This document shows, in pieces, positions 12,028 to 23,866 of a DNA stretch of 64,000 nucleotides. Both the position numbers and the translations under genes were made by a program. The notes under the pieces were generated by a model, which ran no database searches, had not been told where the DNA came from, and saw nothing but the letters and a program-made list of their open reading frames with translations. How positions within the stretch are numbered: position 1 is the first letter of the stretch; every line of letters begins with the position of its first letter. Origin of the DNA: Neoconidiobolus thromboides FSU 785 (taxonomy: Eukaryota > Fungi > Entomophthoromycota); contig MU626299.1 of NCBI GenBank assembly GCA_025603075.1, positions 62,001-126,000 on the forward strand, read 5' to 3'.

Positions 12028-14364
12028 CGGGTTTATTATTATACTTCAATAAATTTTTACTTATATAATAGCAAGGACCTTTTTTATGATTTCATTTCAA
12101 TTCTAAATTAGCCAGGGAATAATTTTATTTCATTCTCAATATTATTAATGGATTTGAAGATTTATTATTTAAAATAGATTGGATTAAACTAGAATGGTTT
12201 ATAGGTTATTATAGCTAAATCACAATTTTCAATTTAAATTTAAATTATTTAATAAAACTAATACTATTGTTATTCTTTGTGAAATTATTTTACTATAAGC
12301 TACAATGACTAATAACTTTTTTGGCATTTTACCAAAACAGTGCATGCTTATAAAAGTATGATGAAAAAATTCAATTGACAAGCATTATCTTAGACACATA
12401 TCTATAAAAAAAAATTAACTATAGGAATATACAGAAAAGCTTAGCCAATCTAATCAGTTAGAAAGTTTGTTTTGAGGTGTCTTTTGTTTCACATTTTTGT
12501 CCATTTTTTGACAAATAAATAAAAAATGACTTGAGATTCTGCGGAAACTTGTCATTTTTCAATTAAACTGCTAATATTGTCTTTAAACTTAAAAATTAAG
12601 ATCAAAAAGCGTTAAAATCTATAATATATATACTATTTATGTATAAGGTTGTAAAGTAAAATGGAGGTGCCAATGCAGTTTGGTAAATATTAATCGTACT
12701 ATATGTAATAAGCTGTTCCCATATCTCTTCTGTGGTTTACACTAGTGTTCATGAAATCCTTTTGCTTTTATAACACTTTTGATCCATTCTTTAAGGTACA
12801 ATGCCCAACATTTACATCAACTACTATTTTATTTAGGGGCATCTTACATAAACTAAAGCTAGGGAATTTCTAAAATATCACTTAAATCGGTTCTTAATTA
12901 GACTATTAGTGCTTTCGTGCTGTTTATTTTGAGACTTTAGTATCTTTAGATAGAAGATTCGATAAGACTATCGAAAGAATAAAAGTAAAAATATACTAAT
13001 GTAGTCTCTATTAAATAGTGTATTTTATATTATATATAGTTGGAGGATAGGCGAGTATAGAACTAAAACAGAGGAGGATATAGTATTTAATAAAAGATTA
13101 ATTGATATAGACAGTTTGTACTAACTTATTATTAACCGTCTATTACTTGTTTTGTTCAGTTAATTGTTTTATTTTCATCAACATGAAAGGCTTTGAATTC
13201 TTTGGATATTTGGGCTTTTGTTAATACCTTAGAAAAAAAGTGGGGCTGTATTTCGAATGATCTGATATTAATGAAAGTGAAAGTTTGGATACTGGATTAG
13301 TGTCAGCGGATAATCCAGATAATGAATCATATTTTCGAATCTAATGTATCAAAAAAATGGTTATGAAATTGTATTTCATGTGAGGAATTGATATAAAACT
13401 AAAACAATAATGGTAATAGTAACAGTAGAATCGAAAAGAGTATCAAAAACGATATTCAGTCAAGTAAATCAATAGATTAATTAAATCTAGATTATAAAGG
13501 AGCGGTATAGAATTGTACTTCATGTGATAAATCAATAGTTATAGACTATAGAAATAATAATAAGATGATTTGAAAAAAGATTGAAGATAATGGGTAATCA
13601 AATAGGCAAATAGTTGATCCGAATTCGGGGTACAGAAGATAGAGGTTGCTGCAATGTATTTTATACAACAGAGCTATAATTAGAAAACACAATATAATAA
13701 AAATTTAAAGAGAGGGTTTAACCATCGAGTAATTAAATAGTTATTTAAGTAAACAAATGAATTAATGCAGTCTAGAATAAAGAATAAATTTACATAAATA
13801 AATATATGACATAATAAGAAAAAATAACATGTTTTTATAAATGATATAATAAGATAAAAATATCTAATTATTTTTAAAGAGGATTCCAACCATCAAATAA
13901 TCGGGGATATGATTAAACCTTTTTAAAATCGATATAATTTACTTAATTTGATAACTTCAGCACAATGATTTTGACTAAAATTTAATGCATTCACATAATA
14001 TAACGTTAATAAAGTTATTAATAAAAGTTTGACTTTGATGAGCAATAATTAATATGAATGATAGTGGCTTCCAATTCTAGAATCAATCGATGAAATTAAT
14101 TAATATCAACAGTAATACAATTCAATTCATTATTACAATTTATTATGTTTAAATTTGTTTTTAGATTAAACCTCTGAATTTCAAAGTTGACTATTAAACC
14201 GCAAGTCAACTATTTTTAGTTGATTAATAAAGGACTAAAATTATGGTATAAAAACATCTTCAAATAACATTAAATTCAGTATAAAAATAACATCTATCTA
14301 TTGATTAGATATTACTTAATAAACAATCATCTTTTTGACAAAGATCTTTATACAGCCAACTAAT

Positions 14365-15771
14365 ATGGATTATTCATTACAAGTAATTAGCCCAACTCAA
14401 GCTACCTTCTTTCCTTCTCCAAAGCAGAAAAAGACAAGCAATTTAAAATTATTAGACCCAAGTTTATTTTCTGATCCTGGCTTAAAAGAATCTGTTAAAC
14501 GTACCTTTTCCGCTTTATTAAGTGAAAAACCAAGTCTTAAATCTTACTTCAATAACCTACCAACATGTGATGCTTTAACCATGATTAAAAAAGAACTCGA
14601 AAATGGTATGGAAGATTCCTTCTTAGTCGGAGATTTAGGCGAAACATATCGTATGTATAAGTTATGGACAGAAAATTTACCTATGGTCAAGCCTTTTTAT
14701 GCAGTGAAATCGAATCCAGATAGTAGTATGTTGAAGTTAATGGCAGCTATTGGGATTGGATTTGATTGTGCTAGCAAAAAAGAAATAAACACCATGTTAC
14801 AACATGGAGTTAAACCAGAGGATATCATCTATGCTAATCCATGTAAACAAGTATCTCATCTCAGATTTGCTAGACAAAATTCAGTAAAAAAGATGACCTT
14901 TGATAACTTGGAAGAATTACATAAGACCCATAAATACTATCCCGATGCTGAATTATATTTACGTATATTACCAATGGATTGTAACTCTAAAGTACCTTTT
15001 GGCGAAAAATTTGGTGCTGAAGTGAATGGATCTTGCGTTGATTTATTAAAAACAGCCAAAGAATTAAACTTGAATGTTACTGGTATTAGTTTTCATGTAG
15101 GTAGTGATTGTTTAAACCCACAGTCTTATGTAGAAACTATTAGAAGATCAAAATTAGTATTTGATCAAGCCAAAAAATTAGATATTAATATCAAAGTATT
15201 AGATATTGGTGGTGGTTTCCCAGGACATCAAAACAAGAAGGAATTTATTGAAATCGCCAAAGCAGTAACTGAAGCTTTAGATTTATATTATCAAAAAGAA
15301 GACGTGTCATTTATTGCTGAACCTGGTAGGTTCTTTGCTGCTTCTTATTTCACTTTAGCTACAACTGTTATTGGTAAACGTGTTTGTGAATCCAATGATG
15401 ATTATAAATCTAAAAGTATCATGTATTATTTAAACGATGGTGTATTTAAATCCTTTGCTGAAGGTGCATTTATACCTCAAATTTTATATAAGCCTAGGAT
15501 CTTAAAAAGAGGTGATGAAATCTATCCAAAGATTGAATCTACAGAAAATGATGTCGAATGCTCTTTATGGGGTCCTGCTTTAGGTGCTAAAGATAAAATT
15601 AATATTGAAAAAGGATTGAAATTACCAGAACTCAAATTAGAAGATTGGCTATATTTTGAAAATATGGGATCATATTCTACTTGCTTTAATATGGAATTTA
15701 ATGGTTTTGAACAATCGCATAAAGTTTATATTAATACCGAGAAAGAAGGAATTAACAAACTTTTAAAATAG
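14365..15771 (+). CDS. SPE1: Ornithine decarboxylase-like protein (group IV PLP enzyme, 468 aa) with non-canonical catalytic loop
   Basis: PFYAVK (PLP Lys), GFDCAS, IIYANPCK, KFGA, SFHVGS, LDIGGGFPG, AEPGRFF and YYLNDGV are all present; WGPTCDGLD is replaced by WGPALGAKD. First ATG is at 14365. The symbol denotes family only. Confidence 0.9.
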   Translation: MDYSLQVISPTQATFFPSPKQKKTSNLKLLDPSLFSDPGLKESVKRTFSALLSEKPSLKSYFNNLPTCDALTMIKKELENGMEDSFLVGDLGETYRMYKLWTENLPMVKPFYAVKSNPDSSMLKLMAAIGIGFDCASKKEINTMLQHGVKPEDIIYANPCKQVSHLRFARQNSVKKMTFDNLEELHKTHKYYPDAELYLRILPMDCNSKVPFGEKFGAEVNGSCVDLLKTAKELNLNVTGISFHVGSDCLNPQSYVETIRRSKLVFDQAKKLDINIKVLDIGGGFPGHQNKKEFIEIAKAVTEALDLYYQKEDVSFIAEPGRFFAASYFTLATTVIGKRVCESNDDYKSKSIMYYLNDGVFKSFAEGAFIPQILYKPRILKRGDEIYPKIESTENDVECSLWGPALGAKDKINIEKGLKLPELKLEDWLYFENMGSYSTCFNMEFNGFEQSHKVYINTEKEGINKLLK

Positions 15772-17259
15772 GAGTAGTTTTATAGTTTAATAAATAGTTT
15801 TATATGTTTAATTGATTTGTCTTAATTTTTGATTAAAATAATGTGCTACTATTTTTAAAGAATCTTCTTATACAACACTACCCACTTTCAATAATTAACA
15901 TAGTTAAAGTTATGATAAAGCTTTATAATATATTTATATTTTAATCTACTGAAATAAGTTAACATAAAAGCCTTTTAAAACAGTTATTAAAATCAAATTA
16001 TGTACTACTTGATTAATACACAATGTAAACATGTAATGAACTAATGTATATTAAGTAACTTAATAGTTTAAATAAAAAGTTAATTTACTATCTTATATAA
16101 TAGTAACAACGGCTTTTAAGTATAGTTTGTTATCATATTTTAAGGTTTTAGAACTATTACTTGTTTACATCAGAAAAAAGCGCAATCAGACATCCACCTC
16201 TATTCAATAGATGAAGGCCTTTAGGGCTAACAATTAGAACTCAACAAAAATAGACCTACTAGGCCCCAATCATCATCGAGGATTAACAATATGCACGAGG
16301 CACTCAGTTTTAACTATAAATTGCTCTAGCTCGTTGATGATAGCAAAGCATTAGCTTAAACTAATGCAATAGCTCACCAGGACTTTCATCACGGCCAAGT
16401 AGCCCAGGACTGAGTTCAATAAAGAACAAAAATATTAAGTTTATTATTCAGTTATTGTAAATATATTAATATGTTATATTATATTAGACAAAGCTACTTA
16501 AAATAGCTATAAATACCTTAGCCAAATAATTTTTTTAAATTAATTCTAATTCAATTACTAATATATTTCCTTAGTACTAGTATTTCTATATTTAGTTACT
16601 TTAATATATAAGAATGATTTTTTATTTGAGGGATTTATTAATGTTTTTCCGCTTAACAGCAATAAACCAAAGATGATATCCTCATGTGCTTATTGTTATT
16701 GTATCAAAGATAAGTATTTTTTGGCATCGCTTGTTTATATTGAAGATTTGATCTTTTTAAGATAAAAAGTAAAATGAGGAAGACATGAATTCAAATTAGA
16801 TCAAGACTCAATGAAAAAGTTAGCTTTCTGAGTTTAACACTTAAATGCTAATATATTATTTTAGTAGGATTTAATGTGTAATTAGTTATGTTTCAGCTTT
16901 TCAGGTAAGAGTTTCCACCGTTTCTTAATTGTTGTTTATACCCAAGGATGGATTAGTTTTATAGTAAAGACTAAGAAAAACTTGGTAAATAATCTCAATA
17001 ATATAGGATCCAAAGTTGAGAATTTTCAAAGTTGTCAAGTCAACGCAACAATAAAAGATTCAAATACTTGATATTAGGGAATATTAAATTCTAATTACAG
17101 TTTTAATTAATAATATCAATCTAATAAAATTATTGTTATATAGCTAACTCCTTATTACCAAACTTCAATCTTTCCAAATATCACAGAAAACAAACTTAAA
17201 TATTTAAAAAAATTTAGAATTAGTCTTTATTTATTAATTTAATATAATCAATCCTTTTT

Positions 17260-18759
17260 TTAAATCTTAGGTATAACCCATTTTAATAAATACCTAGGAT
17301 CAACCATAGATAATGGATCTCCGACTATTGGAATTTTAACAGCTGGCATCTTCATTTTAGACATATCAATTCCCTTTTTCCCTTCCCCAGCAGTACCATG
17401 ACCAATTTGGGTATCTGCTTTTTGATCTTGGGATTGTTTAGATTCATCGATATTATTGTAGGTTGGGTTTGCTGGGTATTTATTGTTATTTTGATTACTG
17501 CCCTCATAATTAGGATTGGTAGGGTATTTGTTTTGGTTATTGTTATTGTTTTTATTATTATTGTCATTTTGATTATTATTCCTACTATCAACCCCATAAT
17601 CCGCTTTACATTTATAAATCCCATTAGAATTGGTATAAATTGGATAATCTTCAATTTTATCTGACATAGTAACAGCTGCCATTGGAGCATTATTTGGCAT
17701 TGGCATATTAGAATGATCTTGTGTAACAGCTTTGTTGGGCATTGGCATATTAGAATGGTCTTGTGCAACAGCTTTGTTGGGCATTGGCATAGCAGAGTGA
17801 TCTTCATCTCCATGACGGCGTTGCAATTTAGAATGTTTACATGGGGTTTTAATATCCATATTTGCCATATTTGAATGATCTTCAGTAGTTTGGGACTCGA
17901 TTGGAGCACTGAAAGCAGCCATGTTAGGCATCGAGGCACTGTTATCTCCCATGTTCTTTATTGCAGCATCACCAGACATCATATTACCATTCATTTCAGT
18001 GTTTTGACTCATGCTTGGAATATTGGGCATATTTTCCATTGAAGCATCACCAGACATCATAGTACTTTCCATTGGGGCACTATCACTAGCCATATTTTCC
18101 ATTCCTGGCATATCTGGCATATCTTCCATAGTATCCATATTTTGCATAAACGCTTCATTTGGCATATTAACATGATTTTCATCACCATGACGACGTTGTA
18201 ATTTAGAGTGATCACATGGCTGTTTAATATTCATCTCAGACATATTAGAGTGGTCTTGATTAGATTGAGATCCCATTGGACTATTATTGTTCATAGTAGG
18301 CATCTCTTCCATATTAGTCATACTTTCCATACCAGGCATTGATGAATGATCTTCTTCACCATGACGACGTTGTAATTTAGAGTGATCACATGGCTGTTTA
18401 ATATTCATCTCAGACATATTAGAGTGGTCTTGATTAGATTGAGATCCCATTGGACTATTATTGTTCATAGTAGGCATCTCTTCCATATTAGTCATACTTT
18501 CCATACCAGGCATTGATGAATGACCTTCTTCTCCATGACGACGTTGTAATTTAGAATGATCACATGGTTGATTAGTAGCCATATTAGACATCATTGAATG
18601 TCCAGCATCACTATTTGATTCCATTGGATTATTATTATTCATATTCGACATAGTAGAATGATTTTCATTTCCATGGCGACGATATAAACTCAATGGTGAA
18701 GAGCTGGCTTCAGTTATGAGTAAGTATAATGATATTAATTTTAAACCAGTTAAATTCAT
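17260..18759 (-). CDS. Secreted His/Met-rich repeat precursor (499 aa) with five RR-HGxExH units
   Basis: Signal peptide; five L[YQ]RR|HG[NED]E[NGD]H sites; MxxM arrays; YTNSNGIYKCKA module; N/Q-rich region; C-terminal IPIVGD. Confidence 0.9.
   Translation of the reverse strand: MNLTGLKLISLYLLITEASSSPLSLYRRHGNENHSTMSNMNNNNPMESNSDAGHSMMSNMATNQPCDHSKLQRRHGEEGHSSMPGMESMTNMEEMPTMNNNSPMGSQSNQDHSNMSEMNIKQPCDHSKLQRRHGEEDHSSMPGMESMTNMEEMPTMNNNSPMGSQSNQDHSNMSEMNIKQPCDHSKLQRRHGDENHVNMPNEAFMQNMDTMEDMPDMPGMENMASDSAPMESTMMSGDASMENMPNIPSMSQNTEMNGNMMSGDAAIKNMGDNSASMPNMAAFSAPIESQTTEDHSNMANMDIKTPCKHSKLQRRHGDEDHSAMPMPNKAVAQDHSNMPMPNKAVTQDHSNMPMPNNAPMAAVTMSDKIEDYPIYTNSNGIYKCKADYGVDSRNNNQNDNNNKNNNNNQNKYPTNPNYEGSNQNNNKYPANPTYNNIDESKQSQDQKADTQIGHGTAGEGKKGIDMSKMKMPAVKIPIVGDPLSMVDPRYLLKWVIPKI
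17696..17800. repeat. 42-bp (14-aa) coding tandem repeat, ~2.5 copies (DHSNMPMPNKAVxQ)
   Basis: GGCATTGGCAT recurs at 17696, 17738 and 17780. Confidence 0.9.
18185..18543. repeat. 174-bp (58-aa) near-perfect coding tandem duplication
   Basis: CCATGACGACG (RRHG on the minus strand) at 18185, 18359 and 18533; the two intervening 58-aa units differ by one residue. Confidence 0.9.
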
Positions 18760-19239
18760 TAGTTTTATTTTTTATAATTTTTTATTAATATTATAGAGTT
18801 GCCATGGGCTGTTATATACCCTTTTGAATTAGCTTGAGTTATTTATTATGTATATTTTTAATCATTGTTATTAATGTCATTATCCTTTCCTTCATTTATT
18901 ACTGGATTATTTTATAGCGGGTTGACAATTAATAGTCCAATTTCAATACCTTTGGTAATTTGATATAAAATATTACAAATTTATATTTTATAATAAAACT
19001 ATTTTTGGATCAAATTTATTAGAATTGAGGAAAGATATTCTAGCAATTACAAGTGTTAAAATCATGCTAATAAATTAATCTAGAAATCTTTCTAAAAACC
19101 AATGTCGGGTTTAAAGTTCGTATTGTTAATATTATAAATAAAATAAATTGTAATAAAATAGCAAAATTATTAATCATCCTCAGTTTTTATTTTTATTTAT
19201 AACTATATTGATGAATTGTTTAAAAAACAAGTACCATAT

Positions 19240-19338
19240 GGGGCTGTTTTTTTTGGGTTCATTACTTTTTCTACTTTTTAAGCACTATTTGAGTGGAAAA
19301 ATTGCTAATAAAATTCTTAAATACAAAAATACATCCCC
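19240..19338 (+). mobile_element. ~99-bp MITE copy
   Basis: GGGG...CCCC ends; ATAT/ATAT flanks. Confidence 0.8.
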
Positions 19339-19607
19339 ATATCTTGAAATTCTTGAAAGAAAAATTCCTAAGTGGTTGATTAGTTGAAAAGAATTCCCAA
19401 TAATTAATGGGAAGCGGAAACAACTTAAGGCCTTAGCCCTTTACTTTCTTAATTATCCATGAATGTTTCAATGGCGGCCCAGCCGAAGCATCATATCATA
19501 TGATCTTTCCTTCAACAAAAATAATATTATTAAACATAAAATAAACATATTAATAAGCTTTGTAACTCAAAGCTCATTTATCACCTTAAAACAGATATTC
19601 TACCAAT

Positions 19608-21678
19608 TTACATGAAATCAGGCTTCAATTGATTCATCATAATAGGTTCATGATATTCACTTCTCAATAATTTTTGAATAATAATTAAGGAATCCTCTTT
19701 CACTCTGGACCTCTTATTTTTTAAATATTCCTTCTGTTTTTCCTCCATAAAACTTGAAGGAGCAGGCAGCTGAAAGCTTGGAAATAACGGAAAAGAATTC
19801 GATTTATCGTTACCCATCGCTTTAACGCCATAGTGTAAATTGAAATTATTTAGTTTTTCATACTCTTTTTGTAACTCTTTGTTGGTGGGATCAATACTAG
19901 CTAATTGTCGATAATCCTTTTTACTTTGTTCATGTAAGGTGTTAGGGTCTAATTCTCTAACATCTACTTCAATTTTCTTTCTTTTCTTATTTATCGCTGG
20001 TCTATTTACAATATTATTAATATATCCCTCCGTCTTTTTAGAATCTCCAAATCCACTGTTCATTTCCAAACAAATTTTTGAAATCTCTAGTAGTGCTCTC
20101 GATCTTCCTAATAATCCTTCAAAGTTCAACGGGCTAATTTCTAAGCATTTACTAAAATTTTCCGTTGCACATTCAAACTCTTTTAAAACCATTTGGCATT
20201 TTCCTAATTTTAAATAAAGTAATTCTAACATATTCAAGTACTCTTTTTTACACCCTATTTTTTCAATTTCGATTAAAGCCTTGATAAACCTACTCCTTGC
20301 AATTGTTGAGCTCTTTATCGATTCCCCAAATACAAATAAACCCATTTCAAAATGGACTATTGGATTATCATATTCAGGATGCTTTTTTACTCTTTTGTTA
20401 AGTAAATTATAATAAAGTATACCCTCCTCTGTGTTTTTAGTTATTCTATAATATTTAATTAATAATACATATGCCATAATAGTTTCTTTTTCTAATGTTA
20501 CTATATTTATTAATAATCTTAATACTCTTTCATAGCTTTGTAGCTCCATCATAATGTCACTAATAATCAACGATCCCATTATGTAATTTGGATATTTGTC
20601 TATTATCATTTCAAAATAATCATAACATTTATCACACCTTTCATTAAATTTAAAAATAATTCCATTAACTAATAAATATTGAGCTGAATTTTCATCTGTA
20701 TCATGTATTAATTGTCGAATCCTGATCAATCCTTCTATATCCTTTAAATAATATAGACAATAAATAAATTCATCCAAGCTTTCTATGTTAGGTGTATATC
20801 TATTAATATATACTTCATATATATCTTGACATTTTTTAAAATCTCCTTTTTTAAACGCTATTTTACCTATAGTTAATATTAGATTATTGTCATATTCCCC
20901 ATTGTTGATATCAAACTCCAAATACTCTTTCTCCTCCATTTCATTTAAAAAATAAATCAAATACTCTTTCCTCCTCTCTAAAAATTTTTGCTCATCATCT
21001 TCCATACTTTGATGCCAATTATTTAAAGTGATTAATTCCCTTATCGAAGTTCTATCCAATAACTTATATTTCATTAAATAAGTTAATGGCTCTCGATTAA
21101 AATAGTTCATTTGGAATCCTTTAGTTAAATTATTTTTACCCCTGAAGAGCGCCCTTTTAGAAATAAATGCCAGACCACGTAATACATACAATTGACTTAT
21201 ATTCTGTCTCTCCTCTATTCCATAATCATTATTATTGTTTATACTTTCCAAAAACTTTCCACTCCCAATCACTTTATCATATTGTTTTAATCCAAGATAA
21301 CATTTCCATTCTAGAATTAAATCCTCAATTTCATACTCTTTCATACTTTCTAAACACTCTTCATACTTATCTAACTTATAATAGATATCACATACAAATA
21401 ATCGGTCGTTAAAATTACAATGTTCTAAAGTTATTATATGAGTTGCCGTGGCTAATGCTGAAGTGTAATCAGCTTTTTTCATTTTTATAACCCTTTTGAG
21501 TCGTAATCTATCCATATGATTTAGTTGATTTATACTTGTTGTTAACGAATGAATATCATTATCATCATAATTGTCATTGAGCTCTGGATAGACGTTTTGA
21601 TCATATTGTTGTTCGGACACTATGGGTTAAGGTTAGATAAATGCACTGATTATAATGGGTTTTATGTTGGGACTTACT
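19608..21678 (-). CDS. TPR-repeat protein, divergent APC/C subunit Cdc16/APC6-like (670 aa)
   Basis: By-eye similarity to Cdc16 as I recall it: DRLRLKRV...DYTSAL...ND...YY; YVLRG; DNPIVHFEMG...F...A...F..AL..I..IG...E.L...LG...LKEF..A...P.N. The start codon is probably split by a 58-nt intron at 21677-21620. Confidence 0.7.
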
Positions 21679-22459
21679 TTTCCAAAATTGGAATTTGAGC
21701 AGTAAAGAATAATAATAAAAAGTACAAAAACAAAGTGTAAAAAAATTAACTCATAACTAAGTGTGAAATAATAGTACATTTAGATCTAACCCCCTAAGTA
21801 CAATTTTTATTTAAAAAATAAGGGTCACCACCAATTGAGTTTATAAATAATGTGTTTAAATACTTAATTGGGTGCTACTATTTTTATAAATTATGAATTC
21901 TAATTAAAAAAGTCAATGTGCTCATTATTTGGCACTTGGTTCATGAAAGTTTAAATTGAGTTAAAATTAAAAGGGATTTCGATCTATTATTAAAAATTGA
22001 ATTAGTTAATAAAGTTAAGAGAAATGAGTTTTAAAAGTAAATAAAGGGACGCATTTTTAACAAATCCATCTTTCTTTAACTTGTAAAAATACTCTGGACC
22101 CCTTCAAGTTTATTTACTTAAGTGTCCCTCTCTAAAGAATTTATAAAAATTACTGGAATTTAAAAACAATACTAAAGGATTTAAAAATTTTACTTTAAAT
22201 ATTAAATAAAGTTTGATATTTGGATCTATTAAACTATATTCAATTTCACCTCTGAAAGAGAATAGCTTGAACCACAATAAACATCTAGATAGTATACTTC
22301 ACACATAATTTAACCAAAATCATAATATTAGAATCAATACATTATGTTTTGTTTTTATTAAAAACTAAAATTTTATTCCATCTTCTCATAAAATTATATG
22401 CACTCTAAATTTATTATTATCCTCGCTTATCATAAGAAATTTCTATATCCAGCTCCAAT

Positions 22460-22876
22460 TTACTCTAAGCTACCCTTCTTTTCAGAATCTTGTTCAATTT
22501 TCTCCACAATTCTACCTGCAATACCTTCCTCTTCTCTGTCTTGAACAATCTCATCCCCAGGTTGCATTTTAGCCAAAGCAACTTTAATGCTTCGACCCTT
22601 AATGTAAGCCCCGTTTAATTCCTCTAACACTTTATCGGCTACACTACTTTCATAGTTAACAAAAGCAATACCTTTGAATCGACCTAATGGATCTGTTGGA
22701 TAACTTAAGCGATAAATGGTACCATATTTACTGACTAAATCTTCTAACTCTTCACGTTGTAAATTAAAGGGTATGTTACCAAGATATAACGCTTTTTGTT
22801 GTAAGCTACGGAAGCTGGTGTACAATGGTGTTTGAAAGCTGGACTTCAATAATGGTAATTTAGTGAATAAACTCAT
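22460..22876 (-). CDS. Single-RRM RNA-binding protein, probably mitochondrial (138 aa)
   Basis: RNP2 LYLGNI and RNP1 KGIAFVNY; N-terminus is rich in S/L/K/R with no acidic residues, like a mitochondrial presequence. Confidence 0.85.
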   Translation of the reverse strand: MSLFTKLPLLKSSFQTPLYTSFRSLQQKALYLGNIPFNLQREELEDLVSKYGTIYRLSYPTDPLGRFKGIAFVNYESSVADKVLEELNGAYIKGRSIKVALAKMQPGDEIVQDREEEGIAGRIVEKIEQDSEKKGSLE

Positions 22877-23210
22877 TGAAATTTTATTTTTGAATATTAT
22901 AGTAAATAAACTTGGAACTTAATCTATTTGAATTATCAGTTTACAAGTGATTGGATTGAATTTTATGGGATAATTGAACTTTACATAGTTTCTTTTTGAT
23001 TGGATTTTTTTTTAAAAATTAAGCAAATTAAGAATAATCTGAATGAAGATCTAAGAGTGAAATCCAGAAATCTTTGGGCAAATCTTGAATTTAGTTAAAA
23101 CTGGATTCATTGGATAATCAAGTAATAACTACTAAATATTATCTCATACAATATTTGATATGACAATTTAGGTATTCAGCGATTTAAGTTGGGATCTAAT
23201 AAATTTATAT

Positions 23211-23309
23211 GGTGATGTATTTTTTGGTTTCATTGCTTTTTCCATTTTCAAAGTGCTATTTGAGTGAAAAAATTGCTAGTAAAATCCTTAAACAAAAAAA
23301 TGCACCTCC
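23211..23309 (+). mobile_element. ~99-bp MITE copy
   Basis: Consensus match; ATAT/ATAC flanks. Confidence 0.75.
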
Positions 23310-23670
23310 ATACACAAATGAAATTATATAATAAGCCATGGTAATCAACCAATATGTTAATATTAAGCATCGATTTCAAAGTGAATTGGTAATATGTTTT
23401 AAAGAAAGCAGAAGCAGCAGAGTAATTTAGTATTTTAATAAGATTACTTAAAGAATATACTTGATCACAAAACAGATAATTGAACAGAATTTAATCAATA
23501 AAAAAATCCAAAGTATTTGTATTAATTCTTGTAGTACTAGAGTCATAAAAAAGGTCAAGAAATTAAAAAAGAGAAGTGAAAGCGATAAAGTCAAAGGGAA
23601 AAAAGTAAGCTTTATAAAAGCAAGTTGATTAAATCAGACTTTTTAAATATCCGGTTCAATATACTAAATT

Positions 23671-23764
23671 TGAGAATCTTTTTGATTTCATCACTTTTTC
23701 CATTTTTTAAGCACTATTTTAATGCAAAGATTGTTGATAAAATTGTTAAGCAAAAAAAAATTCC
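23671..23764 (+). mobile_element. Degenerate ~99-bp MITE copy, tandem with the next copy
   Basis: Internal consensus match (TTTCATCACTTTTTCCATTTTTTAAGCACTATTT); worn ends. Confidence 0.6.
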
Positions 23765-23768
23765 ATTT

Positions 23769-23866
23769 GGGAGTGTTTTTTTAACTTCATTATTTTTTCC
23801 ATTTTTTAAGCGCTATTTAAGCGGAAAATTTGTTAGTAAAATTCTTAAACACAAAAATACATCCCC
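23769..23866 (+). mobile_element. ~99-bp MITE copy
   Basis: Consensus match; ATTT/ATTT flanks. Confidence 0.8.

Noticed and set aside
12660-13700. Patches with coding-like composition (possible decayed transposon or gene)
   Set aside because: Multiple stops in all frames and no recognisable RT, integrase or transposase motif.
19345-19510. GC-enriched patch downstream of the Cdc16-like gene (possible snRNA/ncRNA)
   Set aside because: No exact U-snRNA, SRP or RNase P/MRP signature could be recognised; it could be 3' UTR or a relic.
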